DNA of 64,000 nt, from the NCBI GenBank assembly GCA_002781365.1, contig PETN01000010.1, forward strand, positions 13,556-77,555, written 5' to 3'. The notes beneath the pieces were generated by a model that had not been told where the DNA came from, did not search any database, and was given only the letters and a program-made list of their open reading frames with translations. How positions within the stretch are numbered: position 1 is the first letter of the stretch; every line of letters begins with the position of its first letter. Below, in pieces: positions 21,214 through 31,488 of this stretch. A program made the translations under genes and the position numbers. This DNA comes from Sulfurimonas sp. CG01_land_8_20_14_3_00_36_23. Lineage in GTDB: Bacteria > Campylobacterota > Campylobacteria > Campylobacterales > Sulfurimonadaceae.

Positions 21214-21275
21214 AACTAATCTCTTTTTAGCTATAATCGCGAAAATCAAAAGACTACTTTTACAAGGCGATTCAG

Positions 21276-23900
21276 ATGTCAAACGGCTATAACACACAAG
21301 AGACAGAAAACAATTTTTACAAAATTTGGGAGCAGAGAAGATACTTCGAAATAGATGGCAACAAAGCTATCCAAGAAGAGGGAAAAAATTTTTCTATCAT
21401 GATGCCTCCTCCAAATGTCACTGGTCGTCTGCATATCGGTCACGCACTTACCTTTACACTTCAAGATATTATCACACGTTACAAAAGAATGGATGGCTAT
21501 AAAACACTTTGGCAACCAGGAACCGATCACGCAGGAATCGCTACACAAAATGTTGTGGAGAAACAACTCCTTGCAGAAGGAACAACCAAAGAGGAAATCG
21601 GACGTGAAGCCTTCTTAAAGCGTGCTTGGGAGTGGAAAGCAGAGTCTGCTGGAATCATGACAGAACAACTCCGTAAAATGGGTGTATCTCCTGCTTGGGA
21701 GCGAGAGCGTTTTACAATGGATGCTGGGCTTCAAAAATCTGTTAAAGAGGCTTTTGTTCATCTTTACAATGAGGGTCTGATTATTCGTGGAAACTACATG
21801 GTGAACTGGTGTACACATGATGGTGCGCTCTCTGACATCGAAGTTGAACACGAAGATCATGATGGAAAATTTTACTACATGAAGTACCCATTTGCTGATG
21901 GCAGTGGGCATGTGGAAGTTGCAACAACAAGACCTGAAACATACTTTGGCGATACAGCTGTCATGGTACACCCTGATGATGAGCGCTATAAAGCTTTAAT
22001 CGGCAAAAAAATCAAACTTCCTCTTCTTGATAGAGAAGTAGCAATCATTGCCGATTCGCATGTGGAAATGGATTTTGGAACAGGTGTGGTAAAAGTAACT
22101 CCTGCGCATGACCAAAACGATTATGAAGTTGGAAAACGCCACGATTTAGAGTTTATTACTGTCTTTGATGAGAAAGGGATTTTAAACGACTATGCAGGAG
22201 AGTTCAAAGGTTTAGAGCGTCTTGAGGCGCGTGAAATTATTGTAAAACGTCTTGATGAAGAGGGCTTTATGATTAAAATTGAAGATCATAAACACCAAGT
22301 TGGACACTGTTACAGATGTAAAAATATTGTAGAGCCTTACATCTCAAAACAGTGGTTTGTTCGTAAAGAGGTAGCCGATAAATCCATCGAAAAAACAAAT
22401 GCTGGCGAAGCGAAGTTCTTCCCTCCTCACTGGATAAACTCCTACAACTCTTGGATGGGTGATTTACGTGACTGGTGTATCTCTCGTCAACTTTGGTGGG
22501 GACATCAGATTCCAGTATTTTACTGTGATGATTGTGAACACGAATTTGCAAGTCAAGAGGAGCGTCCAGAGAGTTGTCCTAAATGTGCCTCTAAAAATCT
22601 AACGCAAGACCCTGATGTTCTTGATACTTGGTTTAGCTCTGCTTTATGGCCTTTTTCAACTTTAGGTTGGGGTCAAGGCGATGTGGAGATGGACAAGCTT
22701 TTTCAATCCAACGATATGAAAGATTTCTATCCAAATACGCTTCTTATCACAGGTTTTGACATCCTTTTCTTTTGGGTTGCTAGAATGATGATGATGGGTG
22801 AGAACTTCAATGGAGAACTTCCATTTAACCACATCTACCTTCATGCACTCGTACGTGATGAGAATGGCGACAAGATGAGTAAATCCAAAGGAAATGTTAT
22901 TGACCCTTTAGATATGGTCAACAAATATAGTGCTGATATTTTGAGATTTACACTTGCAATCTCTGCAGCACAAGGGCGTGATATTCGTATGAGTACGGAA
23001 AAACTTGAACAAAACCGTAACTTTACAAACAAACTTATCAATGCAGCAAAATACCTTCAGATGAATGTAGAGACTTTTCCTGATATGAGCGGTTTTTGTG
23101 TTGAGACAGATTTGGGTCGTTACATGATGTCTCGTCTTAATTTTGCAACAAAAGAGGTTCGTGCGTCTCTTGATGAGTACAAATTTAATGATGCGGCACT
23201 TGTGATGTATAAATTTCTTTGGAATGAGTTTTGTGACTGGGGAATAGAGCTTAGTAAAGCAGATAAAGGCTCGATTGTAGAACTTGGTGCTATTTTTAAA
23301 GAGGCTATGAAACTTCTACATCCGTTTATGCCTTTCATCACAGAGTATCTCTACCATCAACTCTCTGGAACTTCACTTCAAGAGAGTGACTCTATTATGA
23401 TTCAGAAATTCCCTTTTAAAACAAAGCAGAGAAAAGAGGAGAGAAAATTTGAAATCATTATGGATGCGATTGTCTCTATCAGACGTGCAAAAGTTTTAGT
23501 TGACTTGGCAAACCAAAAAATCGAAAAAGCTTTTGTCAAAATCGATGGAGTAAGTGATGAAGACAGAGCGATGATGCTTCCTTTCATCACACGACTTGCA
23601 AAAGTTGAAGTTTTAGAGTTTACAGAGATAAAAGTAGAAAATGCAGTAAGCGATATTGCTGATTTTTGTGAGACTTTCATTCCGACAGATTCCATCGACT
23701 TAAGCTCTATTATCTCCAAGTTACAAAAACAGGATGAAAAACTGCAAAAAGAGATAGATAAACTCTCTAATATGCTAAGCAATGAGAGATTTGTAGCCAA
23801 TGCACCTGAAGATGTTCTCGCTAAAAACCGTGAGTTATTGGCGGATGCTTCAACAAAACAGAGTAAAGTCTTAGAACAACTCCACTCCCTTCAAAAATAA
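21276..23900 (+). CDS. valS: Valine--tRNA ligase
   Basis: PPPNVTGRLHIGH, PGTDHAGIATQ, DWCISRQLWWGH, KMSKS. Confidence 0.97.
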   Translation: MSNGYNTQETENNFYKIWEQRRYFEIDGNKAIQEEGKNFSIMMPPPNVTGRLHIGHALTFTLQDIITRYKRMDGYKTLWQPGTDHAGIATQNVVEKQLLAEGTTKEEIGREAFLKRAWEWKAESAGIMTEQLRKMGVSPAWERERFTMDAGLQKSVKEAFVHLYNEGLIIRGNYMVNWCTHDGALSDIEVEHEDHDGKFYYMKYPFADGSGHVEVATTRPETYFGDTAVMVHPDDERYKALIGKKIKLPLLDREVAIIADSHVEMDFGTGVVKVTPAHDQNDYEVGKRHDLEFITVFDEKGILNDYAGEFKGLERLEAREIIVKRLDEEGFMIKIEDHKHQVGHCYRCKNIVEPYISKQWFVRKEVADKSIEKTNAGEAKFFPPHWINSYNSWMGDLRDWCISRQLWWGHQIPVFYCDDCEHEFASQEERPESCPKCASKNLTQDPDVLDTWFSSALWPFSTLGWGQGDVEMDKLFQSNDMKDFYPNTLLITGFDILFFWVARMMMMGENFNGELPFNHIYLHALVRDENGDKMSKSKGNVIDPLDMVNKYSADILRFTLAISAAQGRDIRMSTEKLEQNRNFTNKLINAAKYLQMNVETFPDMSGFCVETDLGRYMMSRLNFATKEVRASLDEYKFNDAALVMYKFLWNEFCDWGIELSKADKGSIVELGAIFKEAMKLLHPFMPFITEYLYHQLSGTSLQESDSIMIQKFPFKTKQRKEERKFEIIMDAIVSIRRAKVLVDLANQKIEKAFVKIDGVSDEDRAMMLPFITRLAKVEVLEFTEIKVENAVSDIADFCETFIPTDSIDLSSIISKLQKQDEKLQKEIDKLSNMLSNERFVANAPEDVLAKNRELLADASTKQSKVLEQLHSLQK

Positions 23901-23909
23901 CTTCTTAGA

Positions 23910-23929
23910 GTTCCGAGTCTTCTCGGAAC
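23910..23929 (+). terminator. Hairpin after valS
   Basis: GTTCCGAG-TCTT-CTCGGAAC, 10 nt after the stop; weak U-tract. Confidence 0.5.
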
Positions 23930-24116
23930 AGATACATTTTCCCTTTTTCTCAACGCATTACTCCTACATAGTGTAGATAAGTGTAAGCTTTTATCAAGCA
24001 TAGAATATGCATAGAGGTTAGTAACTTCTTTTAAGAGCGCAATAGCATGCTCCATTTCCTTACAGTGCTTCAAAACAACCTTAATCGGATACAATCCACA
24101 ACTCAAGGAAATACGA

Positions 24117-24656
24117 ATGGCAACTCCAATCGACTACATAGAAGAAAATAAACTACAATGGCAACCCTCTTTTAAGGGTTCTCTCAAAACAGCAGGACGC
24201 TTTGGATATAGGGGAGACCTTATTATCACTCAGGGAGAATTTTTATCTCCACAAAAACAACTCCCTCCTAAAGTTATATTTAAACAAGCACTTGTAGTTG
24301 CAGATGAGAAATCAGCATTTTTATTTGCTGCAAATTTAGAGGACTTTGCGAACTTTGAAAAAGCCTTTGAACTGTACAAAGCTCTCCTAGTCCCTACAAC
24401 AATAGTAACGCTCTTTGTTGATAATTTAATAAGTGATTGTGTCTTTGAATACGAAGGCATTACTGTGTATGCCTTTGCACTAGATGAGAGCTCTGTTTGG
24501 AACGAGCTTATATCTTATGCTGATTTAGACAAAAAAGAGCTTAAACGCATGGATGCGGATGATAAACTAGATGCAATTTATGATGGGCTGAAAGTTAGCA
24601 CGCTCTATGCTGCCAAAAAAACCTACGAAGAGGCTTGTGCACTCAAAATGGGTTAA
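24117..24656 (+). CDS. Hypothetical protein
   Basis: AAGGA SD, 179 aa, host-like codon use. Confidence 0.7.
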   Translation: MATPIDYIEENKLQWQPSFKGSLKTAGRFGYRGDLIITQGEFLSPQKQLPPKVIFKQALVVADEKSAFLFAANLEDFANFEKAFELYKALLVPTTIVTLFVDNLISDCVFEYEGITVYAFALDESSVWNELISYADLDKKELKRMDADDKLDAIYDGLKVSTLYAAKKTYEEACALKMG

Positions 24657-24743
24657 ACTTTCTAACCTCAAAGTAAACCTTCATTACTCTTTAGATATAA
24701 TCGCGCAATTTCAAAAACACTCTCTAACTAAGGTTTTTTACAA

Positions 24744-26282
24744 TTGTTTGATTTAAAAAAATATACTGCAACAAATATCAAAAATGATATTTTATCTGGT
24801 CTCGTTGTCGCTGTAGCTTTAATTCCTGAAGCAATCGCATTCTCATTTATCGCTGGAGTGAGTCCTATTGTCGGTCTCTATACTGCTTTTATCCTCGGAC
24901 TTATCACCTCTCTTATCGGTGGTAAACCAGGAATGATTTCTGGAGCAACGGGTGCGGTTGCAATCGTTTTAGTTGGTCTCACGCTTGAGGTAACAACACT
25001 TCTCTCTGCACAAGGTTTGGCAACTGAAGCCATTGCAATGGGTGTTTTACACGCAATTCTTTTAGCAACTATACTTGCAGGATTGATTCAAATAAGCATA
25101 GGTGTTCTCAAACTTGGTAAGTTTATCCGTCTTGTTCCAACGCCTGCAATCCATGGTTTTGTAAATGGTCTTGCGATTGTGATAGCGACGGCGCAGTTTA
25201 AATTTTTTCAAGGGCAAGGTGCGACAATGTACATCTTAGTCGTGGCAACTATGGCTATCATGTATCTTCTTCCTAAATATACAAAAGCTGTACCTGCTGG
25301 ACTTGTCTCTATTGTTCTGCTTACTGTAGCTGTCTATTTTATGCAAATCGACACTCTTTTACTGAGTGGGTTGGCAGATATGAGCCAATTTGCGGGGCAG
25401 CTTCCAAGTTTTGCTATTCCTCACAATATCTTGAGTTTAGATGCTATCTTGATGGTCTTACCTTATGCAGTAATTATCGCTTTAGTTGGAATCATAGAGT
25501 CACTTCTTACCCTCTCAGTTTTAGATGAACTAAGCAATACCCGTGGTTCTGCAAACAAAGAGTGTATTGCACAGGGAACTGGAAATGTGGCATGTGGATT
25601 TTTTGGTGCAATGGCAGGCTGTGCAATGATTGGGCAGAGTATCATTAACTACACCTCAGGTGGAATTGGACGACTCTCCTCTTTTGTAGCGGCAGTAGGA
25701 CTTATCCTTCTTGTAGTTTCTATGAGTGGTGTTTTAAATACGATTCCTGTCGCTGTTTTGGTTGGAATCATGTTTATGGTAAGTATAGGCACTTTTGAGT
25801 GGTCAAGCTTCTCTCGTCTTAGCCATATTCCTCGAACAGATGCCTTTGTAATGGTTGCGGTTACTGTTATTACAGTTGTTGAAGATTTAGCGATTGCTGT
25901 GATTGCAGGTGTTATTATTTCTGCGCTTGCCTTTGCTTGGAAACATGCAAAAATCTGGTCAAAATCTCATGTTGAAGAGGATGGAACGAAAGTGTATGAG
26001 CTTGAAGGTCCACTCTTTTTTGGGAGTGCTACAACCTTTGCAGACAACTTTGACATCCTACAAGACCCACCAAAAGTAGTTATAGATTTTAAAGATGCGA
26101 GAGTAATGGATTCGAGTGGAGTTGAGGCGATAGATGCGATTACTAAGAAGTATGAGGAGGCAGGTAAAAACCTACTCCTTCGCCACCTCTCAGCAGATTG
26201 TAAAGCAATCCTGAGAAAAGCAGGACCTTACTGCTCTTACGAAGAGGATGATCCAACTTATAAAGTTGCCTTTAACTACTAA
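24744..26282 (+). CDS. SulP-family anion transporter with STAS domain
   Basis: DILSGLVVAVALIPEAIAF, GGKPGMISG, GCAMIGQS, GPLFFG STAS. Confidence 0.92.
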   Translation: MFDLKKYTATNIKNDILSGLVVAVALIPEAIAFSFIAGVSPIVGLYTAFILGLITSLIGGKPGMISGATGAVAIVLVGLTLEVTTLLSAQGLATEAIAMGVLHAILLATILAGLIQISIGVLKLGKFIRLVPTPAIHGFVNGLAIVIATAQFKFFQGQGATMYILVVATMAIMYLLPKYTKAVPAGLVSIVLLTVAVYFMQIDTLLLSGLADMSQFAGQLPSFAIPHNILSLDAILMVLPYAVIIALVGIIESLLTLSVLDELSNTRGSANKECIAQGTGNVACGFFGAMAGCAMIGQSIINYTSGGIGRLSSFVAAVGLILLVVSMSGVLNTIPVAVLVGIMFMVSIGTFEWSSFSRLSHIPRTDAFVMVAVTVITVVEDLAIAVIAGVIISALAFAWKHAKIWSKSHVEEDGTKVYELEGPLFFGSATTFADNFDILQDPPKVVIDFKDARVMDSSGVEAIDAITKKYEEAGKNLLLRHLSADCKAILRKAGPYCSYEEDDPTYKVAFNY

Positions 26283-26286
26283 TTTT

Positions 26287-27780
26287 TTACAAATCTTTTT
26301 GAACGACAATAAAGTTCTCAGGTCTTAGAGATTTGTACTGTGGCATACTCTGCCCAATCGTTGCATTGATGTAGGTTGGGTCAGCCACAACAAACTTTCT
26401 TGAACCTGCCCTCACAAGGTCTCCCTCCATGGGGACATTGAGCGCTGTTGTCATGTGGTCTTTGTACTTCACTCCGATAACCCCTACGCCAAAAAGTTCT
26501 TTTATAAGATAGGAAAACAAAATAGCTCTATCTTCACAGTCGGACTTCTCAAAGTAGAGTGTCTCTTGAGCAAACATCACTTTTTCTCTTCCAAACTGCT
26601 GGTCATCTATCTGATATTCAAAAGATTTTTGAACAAAATGGAGTACAAAATTCATAGCGTCACTCGCATGTTTTCCATCCACATACTTTTTTAAAGCTGT
26701 TGCTATTTCTTTGTAGGTCAGGGCATCTACAGGTGCATTGAAAAATGTCTCATAATCCGCTTGCGGATAGGTAGCCATAAAATTTATAAGATTTTGATTA
26801 TAAGAGAGAGGAACCGTGTACTCTTTTCCAAGCTCTTTGAAACTCAAAGTTTTACTCTTTATATCAGAGTTGAAGAGTGGTAGTTTTGGCAAAGCTAAAT
26901 CAAGTGCTTTGTCTGCCCCAGGATAGCTTTGCTCATAGGAGTAGAGATTTCCTACACTCCCTTTTGCGTAGTTAGAAACCACATAATATTTCTTCCCGCC
27001 AAAAGTATAATTTGGGGTAGAATAGATAACCTTTTGAGAGTAATGCATGAGTATTGTATGCTTATTGGCAAGTCCAATTTTCACTGCATAGCCCAATTTG
27101 TTAAACAAAAACCAGCTTAAAAGTCTGGAGTCATCCTCATTTTTGAAGATATGATTTGAAACATCTAAAACAAGAAGATAGAGACCCCAATCATTGAGTT
27201 GCATCTCTTTACCCACTTTGAGCAATTCAGAGACAAGTACTTCATATTCGCTTGAAGCGGCAGTATCAAAAAAGTTTGAAATCCCTTTTTGATTTTGAGG
27301 GTAAAACTTTGCACCTTCCAAGCCGCGTGGCATATCAAATCCAAGAGTTGTACCATAAAAATCTAGCATAATTGCTTTTGTAACTTTTGATTCTTTAGGC
27401 TCAGGTTTGAGTTCAACAACAATAATTGGCTTCTCAACTACTTCTTTTTGTGGAGGGACTTTTATCGACGCCACTTCAATACGTACTTTTGGACCTACGC
27501 TTTTAACTGGCAGAGGTTTTGCTTGTGCTATCGATTTTGGTTTTGGTTTTTCATATAGAGGAGTACCCTTATAAACATTGTACTCTTTCCATTGCGCTTT
27601 TAAGTATTTATTGAAGGCTTCATCTTTTTCATCTTTATACTTTTGAAATGAAGCAACTTCAGTTCTTTTAAAATCTTCAAAACTTTGTGCGCTAAGTGAA
27701 GAGACACCGAACAATAAAACTAGACTAAAATGGCCAAACTGCTTGAATAATTTTCGTACCCCAACCCTGTTGTGTTGCAT
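26287..27780 (-). CDS. Exported hypothetical protein with transglutaminase-like Cys motif
   Basis: Signal-like N-terminus, SDCEDRA motif; ATG 27780 has AAGGAG SD inside flgH. Confidence 0.7.
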   Translation of the reverse strand: MQHNRVGVRKLFKQFGHFSLVLLFGVSSLSAQSFEDFKRTEVASFQKYKDEKDEAFNKYLKAQWKEYNVYKGTPLYEKPKPKSIAQAKPLPVKSVGPKVRIEVASIKVPPQKEVVEKPIIVVELKPEPKESKVTKAIMLDFYGTTLGFDMPRGLEGAKFYPQNQKGISNFFDTAASSEYEVLVSELLKVGKEMQLNDWGLYLLVLDVSNHIFKNEDDSRLLSWFLFNKLGYAVKIGLANKHTILMHYSQKVIYSTPNYTFGGKKYYVVSNYAKGSVGNLYSYEQSYPGADKALDLALPKLPLFNSDIKSKTLSFKELGKEYTVPLSYNQNLINFMATYPQADYETFFNAPVDALTYKEIATALKKYVDGKHASDAMNFVLHFVQKSFEYQIDDQQFGREKVMFAQETLYFEKSDCEDRAILFSYLIKELFGVGVIGVKYKDHMTTALNVPMEGDLVRAGSRKFVVADPTYINATIGQSMPQYKSLRPENFIVVQKDL

Positions 27781-28447
27781 GATCCACCGCTCCTTCTGTC
27801 TTGTAAAGTATCTTCGCTTCACTCATTTGTGCAGATGTTATACTGTTAAGTTGATCTATATCGTAAGGGCGGATAACACCACTTATCTGTATAATCTGCT
27901 TCTGGTCATCTACTAAGATTTCTCTTTTTCCAGCAATAAAGTAGTTGCCATTTTGAAGAACTTTCACTATTCTAGCAGAAATCGTTGTAGTAAAGGTAGC
28001 ATTTTTCGTTGCGCTCCCCGAACCACTAAAGGCACTAGTACTGTTACTTGTCAGTCCAATACCTGCAAAACCATTTAAACTTGAAGCTACTGCATCCACG
28101 GCTGGATTTGTACCAGCAGAGGTAAAAGTACCACCCCCAAGATTTGAACTATCACTTGAACTCAAACTTTTTGCACCAGTGTTTGTACTAGATGTTATCT
28201 CAGAGATTACTACTCTGACGATGTCATTGACATGCATCGCTTTATGGTCTGTGAAGAGTGGGTTATCACCCTGCCCAAAGATACTTCCTACTGAAGCGAA
28301 ATCAACTTTATCTTCACGGGCTGGCATCTCCTCGACATAAACAGGAGGCTCGAAACTGATTTCTGGGTCTGTTAAGTTTGCTGTACACCCACTCATGAAG
28401 AGTATGGCGAAGAAGGGAATGCAGAGTGTTAAAAATCTTTTTATCAT
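27725..28447 (-). CDS. flgH: Flagellar L-ring protein
   Basis: MSGC lipobox, DHKAMHVNDIV, ISARIVKVLQNGNYFIAGKRE, ISGVIRPYDI. Confidence 0.93.
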   Translation of the reverse strand: MIKRFLTLCIPFFAILFMSGCTANLTDPEISFEPPVYVEEMPAREDKVDFASVGSIFGQGDNPLFTDHKAMHVNDIVRVVISEITSSTNTGAKSLSSSDSSNLGGGTFTSAGTNPAVDAVASSLNGFAGIGLTSNSTSAFSGSGSATKNATFTTTISARIVKVLQNGNYFIAGKREILVDDQKQIIQISGVIRPYDIDQLNSITSAQMSEAKILYKTEGAVDHATQQGWGTKIIQAVWPF

Positions 28448-28487
28448 GTATATCCCTTGGAGAGTAGTCTATTGTTTAGTTATAATA

Positions 28488-28505
28488 AAGCAAATTTAGT
28501 TCCAA
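28488..28505 (-). promoter_or_regulatory. sigma54 (-24/-12) promoter of flgH
   Basis: Minus strand TTGGAACTAAATTTGCTT = GG-N10-GC, matching the Campylobacter/Helicobacter RpoN consensus, 40 nt upstream of flgH. Confidence 0.8.
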
Positions 28506-28514
28506 GGAAAAGAT

Positions 28515-28958
28515 TTGAGCTTACGAGAAACAATCAACAACGACGTAAAAGAGGCTATGAAGGCAAAAGAGACAAAAAAGAGAGATGCACTTCGTCTTTT
28601 AACAAGCGCTTTTAAACAGATAGAGGTCGATGAGAGAAAAGAGTTAAGTGATGAGGATGTCATCAAAATCATCCAAACGCAAGTCAAAAGACGCAATGAT
28701 GCGGCAACTCAATATAGAGATGCAGGTCGTGATGATTTATTACAAATAGAACTTGATGAGATTTCATTTTATGAAGTCTATCTCCCTGCGCAAATGAGTG
28801 ATGAGGAACTCAGCAGTGCGCTTAAAGAGATTATCGCAAAAGTCGGAGCGACAACTGCAAAAGACATGGGAAAAGTGATGGGTGCTGCGAGTAAAGAGTT
28901 AGCAGGAAAAGCAGATGGAAAAAGAATCAGTGAGTGTGTTAAGAGTTTGTTGGCATAA
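28515..28958 (+). CDS. GatB/YqeY domain protein
   Basis: KEAMKAKE..LR, DMGKVMG, KADGKRIS. Confidence 0.9.
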   Translation: MSLRETINNDVKEAMKAKETKKRDALRLLTSAFKQIEVDERKELSDEDVIKIIQTQVKRRNDAATQYRDAGRDDLLQIELDEISFYEVYLPAQMSDEELSSALKEIIAKVGATTAKDMGKVMGAASKELAGKADGKRISECVKSLLA

Positions 28959-28965
28959 TTTTAAT

Positions 28966-29000
28966 CTTGGCATGTGGAAGTATAACTTCCACATGCCAAA
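28966..29000. terminator. Inverted pair of the 13-mer motif; likely bidirectional terminator
   Basis: TTGGCATGTGGAAGT-ATA-ACTTCCACATGCCAA (28967-28999), 15-bp stem between convergent yqeY and trpC stops. Confidence 0.75.
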
Positions 29001-29004
29001 CTCC

Positions 29005-29790
29005 TTAACCAAACTTCAGTTTTTTAAGCGCCGCTTCTTCATCCTCTTCTCTCATCAAAGACTCTCCAACCAAGAAAGCATCGACACCCGCTTTACTTAA
29101 ATCTTCAAGTTGCCCATGTTCGTAGATACCACTCTCAGCTACAATGATTTTACCATTTGGTATCAATGGGATGAGTTCATACGAGAGGTTCATATTCATC
29201 TCAAAAGTTTGGAGGTTTCTGTGGTTGATGCCTATGATGTCACTTCCTGCGTAGATTGCTTTTACTAAGTCAGTTTTATCATGCACTTCTACCAAAGCTT
29301 CCATGCCTAAGTGTCTTGTGTAGGCAAGTAACTCTTTGAGTTCGCTCTTGCTGAGTGCCGCAGCTATAAGAAGGATAAAGTCTGCCCCATGAACGAGTGC
29401 TTCTAAAACTTGATACTTGGAGACGATGAAATCTTTTCTTAAAAGTGGGATACCCACATATCTTCTTATTTGACCCAGATAGTCTAGACTTCCTTGAAAA
29501 AAGTGAGGTTCTGTCAAGATAGAGATAGCACTCGCCCCTCCTCTCTCGTAACTCTGAGCAATAGCAATCGGGTCAAAATCTTCACGGATAACACCCTTAG
29601 AAGGAGAAGCTTTTTTCACCTCTGAGATGATTCTGTAAGGATCCTCTTGCGTCGCTTTTAAGTAGGGAATAACATCTCTTGGAACTCTTGCATTAAAAGC
29701 GAGAGAGCGACCAAGCCAATCGAGTGAAAACTCTTTTTCTCTCTTAACTAAATCCTCTTTTGTCTTTTTTATAATCTCATCTAAAATCAT
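29005..29790 (-). CDS. trpC: Indole-3-glycerol phosphate synthase
   Basis: [38 protein letters not shown]. Confidence 0.95.
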   Translation of the reverse strand: MILDEIIKKTKEDLVKREKEFSLDWLGRSLAFNARVPRDVIPYLKATQEDPYRIISEVKKASPSKGVIREDFDPIAIAQSYERGGASAISILTEPHFFQGSLDYLGQIRRYVGIPLLRKDFIVSKYQVLEALVHGADFILLIAAALSKSELKELLAYTRHLGMEALVEVHDKTDLVKAIYAGSDIIGINHRNLQTFEMNMNLSYELIPLIPNGKIIVAESGIYEHGQLEDLSKAGVDAFLVGESLMREEDEEAALKKLKFG

Positions 29791-31115
29791 TTTTTTTCTT
29801 TGCCTTTTTTCTTTGTGGTTTTTTTCTTTTTACTTTTCTTCTTTAGAGACTTTTTCTTCATCTTGTCAAAACACGTTTTGATACTTTTGAGATGAAAGAG
29901 TACCTCTTTATCATCTCCACCCTCTAGTTTAGAAACTTTTTTTATCAGTGTATAAGCCCTCTTACAATCTCCAAGCTTATAATAGCCCCATGCCAAGGAG
30001 TCCAAATAAAAAGCCGATTTAGGATCAGACTTTAAAGCCATACGAACATACTTGATCCCTTTTTTTACATTGAGTTTATGCTCTATCAGAAGATAACCCA
30101 GATAGTTAAGATAGAGCGGACTTTGCTCAATCTTAACTACTTTTTCCAGCTTGTGCATGACACGGCTCAGCATTGCTTTATCTTTTTTCTCAGAACTCTC
30201 ATACTCATAAATGGCACTCTGCCCAAGATAGGAGACATCCCCTGTTTTTGCATAGAGTTTATCTGCTAAAGGAAATGCTTTTGTGTAGTTTTTTGCATTC
30301 ATATAGAGTTGAAGAAGCAGAGCATCATCAATCTCTCCGCTCTCTAAAAATTCTGTCAATTTTAAATAATCTTTCTTATAACCATAAATCTGTACTATTT
30401 TGCTTGAGACCTCTTCTGTATCTTCTATCTCATAGAGGCGAAGGTAAACAGAAAGGAGTCCATCTATATCGTTTTCATTACTGTAAAATCCTGCTAATCT
30501 TAAACAAATCAGCTTTGAACAGCCATGCATTCTTGTATGCGTTTCTAATTGAGCAATGGCATCTTTTTCTCGTTTGAGATTTACATATAAGATAATCGCC
30601 ATCTTATCGAGCACCACTTCGCTGTAGTCCTGAGTATAAGCGCTCTCAAGATACTTCACAGCCGTGTCAAATTTTTTCTGTTTGATGTAGATGTCGCTTA
30701 CAAGAATATAGTCATCCACCTCTTTCGTTGCTTCGACTAATCGAATCGCTAACATTTTTGCCTCTTCTAACTTTTCAAGTTGCATCAAGGCGATAACTTT
30801 CATGCGAACTAGCACATAATCTTCTAAAGAGTCGCCGATTATCTCATCTACTCTGCTTACGACTTTACTATTTTCAGAAGAGGCTAAATTGTTTTGAAGG
30901 GAGCGGTAGAGGTACTCTTTTTTATCTGATTTTACATAAAGTGTGTTGAAGATGCTTGAGGAAGCGTTGTATTCATTGAGTTGTTCAGCTCTAAGGCCAT
31001 AAAGAATGTAGGTATCTTCATCCTCAAAAACTTTTTCATTTGGTTTTACCTGAGGAGATGAGACACATCCAGAAAAAACAAGTAACAATAGAAACGATAA
31101 AACTGTTTTAATCAT
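29787..31115 (-). CDS. TPR-repeat lipoprotein
   Basis: VFSGC lipobox, LNYLGY..., [16 protein letters not shown] signature. Confidence 0.8.
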   Translation of the reverse strand: MIKTVLSFLLLLVFSGCVSSPQVKPNEKVFEDEDTYILYGLRAEQLNEYNASSSIFNTLYVKSDKKEYLYRSLQNNLASSENSKVVSRVDEIIGDSLEDYVLVRMKVIALMQLEKLEEAKMLAIRLVEATKEVDDYILVSDIYIKQKKFDTAVKYLESAYTQDYSEVVLDKMAIILYVNLKREKDAIAQLETHTRMHGCSKLICLRLAGFYSNENDIDGLLSVYLRLYEIEDTEEVSSKIVQIYGYKKDYLKLTEFLESGEIDDALLLQLYMNAKNYTKAFPLADKLYAKTGDVSYLGQSAIYEYESSEKKDKAMLSRVMHKLEKVVKIEQSPLYLNYLGYLLIEHKLNVKKGIKYVRMALKSDPKSAFYLDSLAWGYYKLGDCKRAYTLIKKVSKLEGGDDKEVLFHLKSIKTCFDKMKKKSLKKKSKKKKTTKKKGKEKK

Positions 31116-31488
31116 CTTGAATCCCTGGACACTCTAACTTTAGTTCATCCACTCTTGTTTTAAAATAATCCCAAAACGGGAAGGTCTTACATTGCAGAGG
31201 TCTTGCATCATAGATGGAGCAGCCATTAGTCGCTCTACTGTAAAATGCGCACTCATAAGAGTCGCTATATTTCACTTCTTTTATGGAGTACTTGTACCCA
31301 TTTTTGAAAAGATATTTTGCCATAAAGTCACTAACTTCTAAATTTAAGAGTTTAGATATTTTCTCTATCTCCTCTTGTGTAACATAAATATACCCACTCT
31401 CTCCAGTACAGCACTTTCCTTGGCATGTGGAACAGGCAGATGGATTGAACGAGTAACTAAAACCCTCTTCTCTCATCAAATCAGACAT
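31108..31488 (-). CDS. YkgJ/FliB-like zinc/iron cysteine-cluster protein
   Basis: CSTCQGKCC, CAFY..GCSIYDARPLQCKTFPFW. Confidence 0.85.
   Translation of the reverse strand: MSDLMREEGFSYSFNPSACSTCQGKCCTGESGYIYVTQEEIEKISKLLNLEVSDFMAKYLFKNGYKYSIKEVKYSDSYECAFYSRATNGCSIYDARPLQCKTFPFWDYFKTRVDELKLECPGIQDD

Noticed and set aside
23891-24106. 71-aa minus-strand ORF between valS and the next gene
   Set aside because: No SD or recognisable motif; runs through the valS hairpin and stop; cannot be supported
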